Positions 50,374-61,001 of a stretch of 64,000 bases of DNA are shown one piece after another. The notes under the pieces were generated by a model. It was given only the letters and a program-made list of their open reading frames with translations. It did no database searches and was not told the origin of the DNA. The position numbers and the translations under genes are program-made. This DNA is from Catajapyx aquilonaris (Eukaryota), in the NCBI GenBank assembly GCA_000934665.2, contig KZ538257.1, positions 1 to 64,000 of the forward strand. Direction: 5' to 3'. The stretch's first letter is position 1. Every line of letters begins with the position of its first letter.

Positions 50374-53300
50374 TTATTATTCTTATTATTATTATTATTA
50401 TTATTCTATTATTATTGCGTCAGGTGGCGGAGGGTACGGTGCAGGAGGTGTTGGTGGAGGAGGGTACGGCGGAGGTGCTGGTAGCAGAGTCGTCGGCGGT
50501 TACGGTGGTAATACATTTCTGGTGTCTTGCTCTGCCAGTTTAGCCACAGTTCTAACCGCAGTTTAATTTTAGGCGGCAGCTTTGGTGGTGGAGGAGGCGG
50601 GAAAGGAGGTAAGAGCTGCCAAACAGTTCATTGCAACAATGCAGACAATTTGAAACCCCCCAAAAAAGAAAAAAGTATTTAACACAAAAATTTCGCTCAT
50701 TTCCTGGACTTAGGCGGTTCTCATTTTCCATACTTCGTTTATGGGCTTGAAGGAGGCGGAGGTGGCGGATGGGGGGGAGGTGGAGGCGGAGGCTCAGGAG
50801 GAGGTTATGGCTCTTCAGGAGGAGGCGGAGGTAGCGGAGGAGGCGGATATGGTAAGAGTGTTGCTTTTTTTCATTTTCGACATACCTGTACGTATTGGTG
50901 GCGGCACGAGGCAATAGCGGCAAAAGAGCGAATCAAAGACTTGTGGCGCCACCAGTAATGTCCAGTACTGTACGCCCTGTCGTATTATTTAATTTAATTG
51001 TTAGATGTGCTGGACCGGATACTTCAGTTACTAACGATGCGTTACCCGAATTCAGTCGTGCTTAAAGATAAGGTGTTGCGTAACAATTAGGTGCTAATTA
51101 AGTGCGAGGCGTTCGAGTGAAGCAATTTTATCCTGCGTTTTTTGCAACCACCATAGCACAATTTGCACAAAAAGTATGAAAAAGGACCGGTCTAGACCCG
51201 GTGTGTTAGCATCCAAATAGTGGACCGGGTCTAGACCTGGTCTGAATGATTGAAATGGGCCCTTCAGGAAGGCTGCAGGAAGCGCATGATCTCCAACTCA
51301 TAGCTGCGCAGATACTACTCAACATATTGCCACAAGGACCAGGATGCGGGTTACGAGGTCAGTTCATAGGTCAAGAGGTAGGACGTAGGAGTATAGTCCA
51401 GCCAAAGCCTTGAGGCAGTCCTGATAGCCGTTTTTGCCTTTAGAGGGAAAGGTTTGGTTAGTACTGCCGTATGTTATTGGCTGGACTGTACTGCGCTGTA
51501 CATACAGCCTGTTAGTACACTGTACTCACATACACTCACATGAATAGGTTACTAGCTTTCAAAACGTACACACAGGTAAGTCCATCGCTTCTGTGTTGCC
51601 AAACATGGTAAAACTGGTTTGTCCGGGGTGAGTCATCTCTTCAACACATCCAATCCCACGTAACACCATTCCCCTTTAATAGATGCACATCCTTCCTCTC
51701 ACCACCATCGTGCCACTGTCAGGGTCGTGTGAGAGGTAGTGGTACTACTTGCCTGGCTTGAGTTGGGGTGATGACTCACCCTGGACAAACAAGCCTACAT
51801 TAGCCGATCTGCTTTATTTAAATTATATTTAAGTACAGGACTGGACCGTTGGAACTATCATCAGTGCACGGTCTGTTTCGCGCAGTGATTCGCCTCTATG
51901 GTACTCAAGGATGACGGAAGAATGTGATTGGTTCTTGCAGGTGGTGGAGGTGGCGGTGGTTGCAGCGGAGAAGACAGCGGAAGCGGAAGTGGTGGAGGTG
52001 GCGGATACGGCGGTGGGGGCGGCGGTGGAGGGAAAGGAGGCGGGGGTGGAGGAAAGGGAGGCGGCNNNNNNNNNNNNNNNNNNNNNNNNNNNNNNNNNNN
52101 NNNNNNNNNNNNNNNNNNNNNNNNNNNNNNNNNNNNNNNNNNNNNNNNNNNNNNNNNNNNNNNNNNNNNNNNNNNNNNNNNNNNNNNNNNNNNNNNNNNN
52201 NNNNNNNNNNNNNNNNNNNNNNNNNNNNNNNNNNNNNNNNNNNNNNNNNNNNNNNNNNNNNNNNNNNNNNNNNNNNNNNNNTGGAGGAGGCGGCGGAAAA
52301 GGGGGAGGCGGCGGAGGGGGTTACGGAGGAGGCGGAAATGGCGGTGGTGGAAAAGGTGGCGGCGGGGGCGGAAAAGGAGGCGGCGGCGGGGGCGGATATG
52401 GTGGTAATGGAGGCGGGGGAGGCGGAAAGGGCGGCGGAGGAGGAGGCGGATACGGAGGCGGAGGAAACGGAGGTGGAGGCGGCGGATACGGCGGCAACGG
52501 AGGTGGAGGAGGTGGCAAGGGAGGCGGCGGCGGCGGCGGCGGATACGGCGGTACTTCTTTTAGCATACACTACTTTATACCCAGTGTTACTTACAGGTGA
52601 CCCTTTCTGTGTGTTAGGCAGGTCACAATCAGTCATATTCACGACCCTTGTCCCTTATTGGTCTATGGACTACCAGTGCACTACCCTGTGTCGTAGCCTA
52701 CGCGAAATTATGAGTGTTTTCTGGCAATATACCGCGTTGTTGTACATAAGGGGTTTATTATTCTAGTCCTGATTACCTCTTAGGAACAGTTATTGCAGCG
52801 TGAATTTAGGTCAAGCTGAGATGCATTTGGAGACATTACTAAATGCAAGTGTCAACGTCGTGTGACAATTTTGGGCGAGGTGTCACATTTTCACCTTCCT
52901 AATAATATTAGCAGCATTTCCTGGATTGCGGAATGGTCGACTTGCATTGTGGGGCAAATGTTAGACATCATGTCATTATCAATATTATTCAATAATATTA
53001 TGCAAGGTGGTGCACTGTCCAAGTAATGTGGGCGAGAATCAGTTATGGATTATGATTTCTTTGTTGGAGTAGTCAACAATTCATAACTTACCTTGAGCAA
53101 TGTCATGTGTATTTATTATGCGCAGTTTGTCCATGCCTACAGTAATTTCATGTTGCTCTTACTGCGCTGATCGAAAGTAGCTTAACATCACGACCCCTGC
53201 AACTGTACATATTTTCCAATAACGGTAACGTTAGTTTAGCCACGGTATATCATGTGTCATTAACCTAATGATAACCAATTATGAAATTTCCTACTGATGC

Positions 53301-54172
53301 TCCCATATCACTTAAACACTGGTTTTTTCAAAAAACTTCGCCTATTAATTACAATTCACGCCCATGTAATATTACGTCTGATCCTGACACAAACGCCACG
53401 CTTTCTTGAACCCAAGATTGCAGCATCATTATTTACACCAGAAAATGTTCACATCCTCATTCTCCAGCATCACTTATAATGTCACGCCCCGAACTAAAGA
53501 AACGAAGAGAGAAAATGAGCTGTGAATATTTCCGGTGCAACTTTTTCTAGATTAATTAGTGGCAATGAACTGAGCAATTGTGTACATGTTCATGTCGTCA
53601 ATATTTTTGCACAATTAGTTTTTAAAACATTTTAATGCGTTTTTATTGGCAGGTGGTGGTGGAGGGAGCAACGGAGGCGGTGGTGGCTACGGCGGAGGAG
53701 GAAACGGTGGTGGAGGCGGCGGATACGGGGGAGGCGGAAACGGAAACGGAGGAGGCAAAGGTGGCGGCGGGGGAGGCGGCGGATATGGTGGTAACGGAGG
53801 CGGAGGTGGAGGCAAGGGAGGCGGCGGAAACGGAGGCGGTGGTGGCTACGGAGGAGGCGGAAACGGTGGTGGAGGCGGTGGTTACGGGGGAGGCGGAAAT
53901 GGAGGCGGCGGTGGTGGAAAGGGAGGCGGAGGCGGCGGAGGATACGGTGGGAACGGAGGTGGAGGAGGCGGCAAGGGAGGCGGCGGAAACGGAGGCGGTG
54001 GTGGCGGTTACGGGGGAGGCGGAAACGGAGGGGGAGGCGGAGGGTACGGAGGAGGCGGCGGAAACGGAGGGGGAGGCAAAGGAAGCGGCGGTGGCGGTAA
54101 GTTTCAGCAGCATATTTATTACAAAAGTTATCGCCTACTAATGAGTTGTTTAACTTTCCAGGTGGTTATTAA
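49599..54172 (+). CDS. Secreted glycine-rich protein A (GGGY/GGN/GGK repeats), 9 exons, spans an assembly gap
   Basis: Exons 49599-49607, 50077-50152, 50234-50248, 50424-50507, 50573-50608, 50753-50851, 51941-52550 (N gap 52066-52281), 53653-54096, 54162-54172. Protein MRRAIFAAVLLCVTAHYVLS-EPPVSGGYG...GGY*. AATAAA at ~54398 and ~54411. Confidence 0.85.
50327..50416. repeat. (TAT)n microsatellite in an intron
   Basis: Direct reading. Confidence 0.95.
51392..51490. mobile_element. Short TA-ended MITE remnant
   Basis: tatagtccagccaa ... ttggctggactgta. Confidence 0.4.
51617..51790. mobile_element. MITE with 21-bp TIRs
   Basis: gtttgtccggggtgagtcatc ... gatgactcaccctggacaaac. Confidence 0.55.
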
Positions 54173-55803
54173 GTGGCCGGCCCAACACGTCAGGAAGTTC
54201 ACGTTCACGCTCGGAGTTGTTGGCATAACAAAGAACGCATCAAAAGTATGCCGTAATTTGTGTCACTTACCAGAGTAGTGCTCAAGTCATCACATTTCTT
54301 TATCACCAAGACTGACCGGTAACAGCTGCAGCGACTGGAAACCTTTAAGACACCATTGTACAGTACAACTTTCATGTCTATCTGTGATCCAAATTGCAAT
54401 AAATATTTACAATAAAATGGTGTGGCGACTTTGCTAGTTTTAAAGATAATTTAGGCGAATGTCTAATTTTGTAATACAATATGAATATGTGGAAGTCCTT
54501 GGCCCATTAAGGCACATTCAGGTTTACCTTATTAGGAAGAAAATAGCCGAAGGGTTTCTCTAGAAGTACTGCAAGTACATTATATATTTAACGATACTTA
54601 AAGTTTGAGCTTGTAATTAAGATTCGACCCATTTCATTTATGACACCTTTCACTAATTTATTAATGATTAGAATAGGATAAAAACTGGATGCACGAGGAT
54701 AACAGTATAGGGAATTATTTTGTTTGCGAACTGAAAACTTTCACTTGTCAATCTGAACATGATTTTAATTTCATTGCCTGGAGTGCAATAATAAAGTAAT
54801 TAAAAATTCAAAATAAAAAAGTAGCAATGAGATCAACAAGCTCGAATCAGCACAGTGTTGCATTATTTGTCACTTAGTGTTATTACAAATTTTCTGTAGC
54901 TAACTACTAATGAACACAGCATATCAGTTCCTTAGGAAGAGTGGCATAATGAAGAATGATCCAAATTGCGCAATATAGCATTTAAGTCATGCATTCTGAA
55001 TGTTGTAACTGTTTTCTGAGCATAATAAGTGATAAACTGATAATAAATTGTGTGTCTTTAAATCTCATAAATATTATTATGACTGCCCCAATTATTTAGG
55101 TCCTTTTCTGCTCCTTATGGCAGATGATATTAGACACTCTTGACCTGTGGGTGAAGGTCTGATGTTATAGGTTCAGGTTTGCTTGACATTTACTCTGGAC
55201 AGGTCATGCGCATATTAAATGAGGCTACTATCTGGAGCACTTGGTCACCTTGTCCTAGTCCCTAACGTCTGCACCGTACAAATTCGTTAGTGTCACCTCA
55301 TTTCTTTTTCAACAAAAATAGTTGAAAAGTCATTTTTGTAAAGCATTACGTAAATAATGATTATCTGCAATCAAACCATGGCAAATCTACTGTATATGCC
55401 AATTTTTTGCACATCGTTGACAATAAAAATGACTTGTAAGTAGGCCATTGTCAACCTCTTAGTACCAGTTGGGTCATAACCTCTTCCGATCTTACAACAT
55501 AAAAGTCAACATTTCGCAACCACCATGCCCTCCTAATGAAATCAGAAGCAATTTTTTTTCTTCTTCTTCTTCCCCTACTTCCAGTGGTAATGTTCCACTT
55601 AAAAAGCAAAATGGCAAGGGGGCATGACCGTGATATTTATGCATCTACGCAGTTAACTTCCGTCTGCTGTTGGATTGCCACAGTCAGAGAGAGTTTGGTA
55701 TAAAAGCCACATGACATCGAAAGCAAGCTTGCAGTTTTGTCTGTGGCTTGGTTGGACAAGGATTACAATAGGAGTGATTCGTTTTTTTGTCATACTGGAC
55801 ATA

Positions 55804-57620
55804 ATGGCCTCGGTAAGTAGAGGCAAGTGTTACAGGGTGAGGCACTGGAGCAGCTATTTTCATACTACCTGCTATTCATTTTGTGGGCGGTGTCATGATG
55901 TAAGAGGTTACGCTTCAAGAAACAAGTTATTTGTCATGGGTGGTAACAATTGGTGTAAATATTGTCAGTATCCGTGGGCAGCCAAGGTTCTCTATCAGCG
56001 TTAAATTAGTAACCATCTGTTTAATAGCAGTGGCTCCTGAAATATTTCGTATTGTTGTCATTACTAACAATGGAAGTATTTGTTAGGATTTTTGGAATAG
56101 TTAAAAATTGCACCTGCTCAACTTAATTTTGCGAATTGGGTTAGCCGCTAATTAAATACTTTCTCCTTTACAGCTGCTATTAAGATTCCTGATGTTCTTC
56201 ATCACCTTCCACGTGCTTCTAGCGGAACCACCTTCTTACATAGGTAATCATAATAGTACACTCTTAACCATTTACCCTCTCTAGAGAAGGTAAATGGTTA
56301 AGAGTGTAATAGCGAAAGTTACAGCATCTTTGACACTTTGATGCTTTTATTGCAGATGACGGCTTGAGCGGCGGAGGTGGATTTAGCGGATTTGGAGGTA
56401 TATTTGCGATGTTATCAGTGTGTGAAAGTATTATGGTAACAACAAAAAAATGTTCAAGAGCAGTATGTGAAAGTGTAATCGGCTCGATCACATGGGCCAT
56501 GAAAGTTTATACAAGGGTGAATCAATGAGTGAACGTTCCGTTATTTTAATATATGCCACCTTATAAGACAACGCCCTCACTGCCAAGTACAGGAAGGAAA
56601 GTGAATCTTTTTTTGCAAAGTTTTCGCATTAACGCTCAAAAACATGGGACATGTTTTGCAATACTAGTCGTGCCTGTTGGTGTACTGTATAGAAGCTTTA
56701 TAACTGATTTCACTGATTTCACCAAGGGTACTTCCTTTGTGGACAACTTTTTTTGAAAAGAAGGTGTTAGTCATTTGGTGCAGCAGGTGAAGGGGGAGAG
56801 TGATTTTATGCTAGTTTAAGCCCAGTTTTATGGATGCATCTTAAGAAGATAACGATATGCACTTCTTACATCCCCAAATTCGCATATAGATTACTTTGCA
56901 AAAAAAATTACTCTGTCTCCTGTAAATGCTGAAAATATCGCAAAACATGTGCCTCGGGTTGTCCAAAACCGTTAAAATAATCGGCAAGAAGTTGTGGCAT
57001 GCAGCTGAGAAAGTTGTCGAGATGCAATCTTTGCCCATTAAACACAGTTCTTCCGTTTGCTTTCTACTGCACACAATGTGTCACCAAGATGCCGGATACA
57101 GAAAAAAAGCTGCTTATGACAATTTGACTATTTCAGGCTCTTCCTTTGGCGGTTTTGAGGGATACGGAAGTGGACCTAAAGGTACATCATTGTTGATTAT
57201 AAATTATGTATATGGTGCTGAATTGGTTCATAATCTCGGCATTATTAATTTTAAGGGTATGCAGCAGACGACAATGAAGTAGAAACTTTTCAAAGCATAC
57301 TAATCAAGGAATTTCATACTACAAGTAAGTACAGTACTGTATATAACTGAATATTATTGAACAACGTGAATAAACACATTGATATTTGCAGGCGGAGGTG
57401 GCCATGAGCAAGGTAAGAGGACAGTTTATTACAGTTAGACACTTGCGAATAATAATAATAAGTGTTTACAGGGTGTCTAATACTAGCACTAAAATTGCTT
57501 TACAATAAGTAACTTAGGGCCAAATAATTGCTAATCACTAATTTGCATTTATGACCTGACCACCATCATCATTATTACAATTTCGTCTTTTTCCCAGGAG
57601 GATATTACTACAAAAAATAA
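55804..57620 (+). CDS. Secreted small Gly/Phe/Tyr-rich peptide B, 6 micro-exons, 69 aa
   Basis: Exons 55804-55812, 56174-56243, 56356-56397, 57137-57181, 57392-57412, 57598-57620 give MASLLLRFLMFFITFHVLLA-EPPSYIDDGLSGGGGFSGFGGSSFGGFEGYGSGPKGGGGHEQGGYYYKK*. Absent from the ORF track. Confidence 0.82.
56259..56306. mobile_element. Collapsed 48-bp (TIR-only) derivative of the MITE at 58625-58810
   Basis: ta|cactcttaaccatttaccctctctagagaaggtaaatggttaagagtg|ta. Confidence 0.8.
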
Positions 57621-58205
57621 GCTGCTGCCATCCGAGTTCGTTGAATATTCCCGACTGACATCGCATTTAAGTCATGCCATCAATTAAATCAAAAACATCA
57701 TGATGAAAATTTACAAGTTGTTGCCATTCACCTTCACAAGTATTGCAGATACCAGCTATAAAAAAGCGACCTCAAATGCGACTTTATATTTCCAAGCATT
57801 ATTTTGTACATACACTGTTACCACAACCCTATTTTATTGTGTTCAGATTTGTGTGAATAAAAAATAATAAAAAAATGAAACAACAGGCACACCCAACAAT
57901 ACTGTCGTCCCACTTTTTTTTTCTTCGAAGAAACAGGTAGCACACTTATCCTTAACCGCACTTGCAACGTGTTTATTTTGTCTATTTTTTCTCAATATCT
58001 GTATACTGTACAGGGTCCAAGGGATGGGTGGCTGGGTTTTAATTTGGGGCACTGACCGCGACCAAAGAGAAAGAAGAAACAGGATGATCCTATTTTGGTT
58101 TGGGTGGTCGTGGAGAAATCAAGATCGAGGTTGACTGAATCCGGTGCCCGACTATATAAAATACTCTCCAAAAAACCAATTTTTCAGAGTCGTTTCAGTG
58201 GTGCC

Positions 58206-59487
58206 ATGAAGTTCAGTGTGTTCAACATCATGCAAGTAAGTGACTGAAAAAGTTAGAAGTTTTGGGAACAAATATTATTGACCACCAATAATTTTTACAA
58301 ATTTAAATATATGTAAAATGCCAAATGTGTAATGTGACACATTAGCATATATCTGACATGCCAAATGTGTAATGTGACACATTATCATATATCTGACATT
58401 GTAATTTATTTATTGTAGGTGTGCCTGCCTTTCATATTGTGTATAGCAACCTTGGCAGATTACGCCACATCTGACCCCCCAATAATATTACATCATGGTT
58501 CTTATGGTAAGTGCTCATTGTATGAATAGTAGTTATGGGAGCGTACACATGATGCAAGAAGTTAAGCAATTTTCTGCTAGACAATAATATTGTTTAATGA
58601 GCAGATTGACACTGATATGCTTTACACTCTTAACCATTTACCTTCTCTAGAGAGGGTAAGAAAGTGGCAATTTTTTACCTTACATTGTAGGGTAAATATT
58701 CTTGGGTAAATTGATTCTAAGGTAAATTTTGCATGTATTACCTTAAAAAATAGAGGGTAAAAAAGGGAATCTTTTTTACTCTCTCTAGAGAAGGTAAATG
58801 GTTAAGAGTGTAGTCCAAGGAGTGTGCACTGTCTGTAAGGTACAATGTAAAAATATTTATAAAAATTAATTCACTGCAGGTCATCTAGGCAGTTATGGAA
58901 TCAGCCCTTCCATTGGAGGATACACGATTACTCCAGCAGGTACACATTAACTTATGGACATTGAATGCGTACTGTATGTAATTAACTCCATATACATTTT
59001 ATATTCATGCTATAGGTAGTGCATATGGCCGTTATTATGGTACGTACAGAATATTAATAAAAATGTCACGAGCCTACTTCAAATATGAAATGCTTTTCAG
59101 GATTTTCTCCAGGAACTTATATTGGGAGAGGGTTAGGCTCACTGACAGCATATGGTAACCCATACTTGAAGAGCTACATTGATGGGCATTTGGGTAAACG
59201 AGGTGAAAAAATTTGATTTTAAGATTGTCAATGTAGAATTTTATTTGCTAAATTTAATTTCAGGCATAAATTTTTCTCCAAGTCCCCCTATGACTGCAGG
59301 GTTTGGCAGCAGACTTCTAGGACTTAACTACAACAACAAACTATATGGTGCTTCATACGGCTATAGCAAAAATCCCTCAGGAATCGCAGGTAGATAACAA
59401 AAAAAAATCCTTAAGGACGATCCGGATGATAAATTGCTCACGATTTTCCCCTTTCCCTTAGGGTCATATGGAGGTTACCAAGTATGA
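58206..59487 (+). CDS. Secreted Gly/Tyr/Ser-rich protein C, 7 exons, 135 aa
   Basis: Exons 58206-58235, 58419-58506, 58880-58939, 59016-59039, 59101-59154, 59264-59389, 59462-59487 give MKFSVFNIMQVCLPFILCIATLADYATS-DPPIILHHGSYGHLGSYG...GSYGGYQV*. Confidence 0.8.
58318..58399. repeat. 40-bp direct tandem duplication in intron 1 of gene C
   Basis: atgccaaatgtgtaatgtgacacatta(g/t)catatatctgac x2. Confidence 0.85.
58625..58810. mobile_element. TA-flanked 186-bp MITE
   Basis: ta|cactcttaaccatttaccttctctagagag ... ctctctagagaaggtaaatggttaagagtg|ta. Confidence 0.85.
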
Positions 59488-61001
59488 AGTCGTGACTATG
59501 AAGATTGTACATATTTTCAAGCACAAATGCATAAGAAGTGGGTGGAACGAGGGGGGGTATAGTGTGGGGGGTAAAAAACTACTAAGCAAAAGAGCCAACC
59601 AACCAAACCAGTGAAGACATCAGCTTTATATATTATAATGGAGCCAAAGAAGGCAGGGAAAACAAACCAAGCTTGACGAGAACAATGGTAGTCTTCATCT
59701 CACGAAAATAGAAGTTTCTTTTTCAAGGCTCGTTACGGTAGCAGCGATTTTCTTGCATCCTGATCGCACTTGGGTTACGATCAACTTTATCTTGGACATT
59801 CAGGGAACGACGTCAGGACAATGGTTCATTGTACGGGGCGTGAAGGAAGGAAGAATATCTCAAGTCGTTCTGAAGGAAACAAGCTCCAGATCCTTCACTC
59901 AAAAAAAAGGAGAGCATGTTACATCATTAGGCAGCACATTTTTTTTTGAAAAAAAAAAAAACAACATAACGGAGAATAACTTTCGAATTTCACTGGAATT
60001 TCTCGGACTGTAGCTTATTATGTCATTAATTAGCGATACTGATTGTAATGTTTCGCTCTATTTAGACCTGGTTATATCAACTGAGATTATGAGATAATTT
60101 TAAGAATTTATGCACAACTATAAAATAAGCCCTGAATCTCACGAATGTCTCTAGTATTAACATGAAAATATGTTCGATACGCTTTGTTGACACGTTACAT
60201 TAAAGGTGAGTGGCATCTTGTCATAAAGATTGGAATTGTTATAGTGTTGTAATAAAACCATGTTTCTCTATTGTTCGACTTCTTTTCTGATGCAGCAGAG
60301 AATAATTGACCAATAAGGCATATATGTGAATTGATTTTAATCAGTTCCCATACTGTGTCATATTCCTGTCCTGTCTACTTGAAGAACAAAAAAATTCTCA
60401 GTCCTGCTGACAGGACATGAGCCAAGTTACACAATTTGCACCAAAGCTCAAAAATGACTCACTGACACCATTACTAAGCGCCATAAATCAAAACGCTCTT
60501 AAGCTCCTAATCATAAAAATCACCCACCGTGAAATACACCCATAATTCATCATTGGTCCGAAACAAACAGATGCGCCTCAAAAGCAAACACACCTATTAC
60601 GAAACACAAAATCCGCATAAAAACACTATAAAACACATGACTTCCGGAGCCCCATAAAAAATACTACATTAGGGACTTGTTTAATAACGATGACACAACT
60701 TCCCTTGGACTAATCTGTGCATATAGGATGCAAGGTGAAGGGTAAAGAGAAATATACATAACCTACTGCTTCCTCTTGGTGTGTGTCGTGAGGGCAAATC
60801 AAGGCCGAAAGAAGCAGGCGCCATTTCCTGCGCCGCTCCGAAGTCATCTGAGCGTAGATGACAGGATATGCCAGCATCTCAGGTGGGTATCTAACCCTAA
60901 CCTATATAAATACCATGTGCATTCAATGGTTACTTCGACGCAGTGCGAAGGGTGAGGTGGTCCGGGGCACTAGTGCACGTGTTACAGGAGCTTCTGCAGC
61001 C

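Noticed and set aside
50126..50566. Poly-Tyr and poly-Ile ORFs
   Set aside because: Translation of an intronic (TAT)n microsatellite.
51905..54141. Ala/Glu-, Ser/Ala-, Arg- and Pro-rich ORFs overlapping gene A
   Set aside because: Alternative frames and antisense of the GGN codon repeats; the splice phases select the Gly frame.
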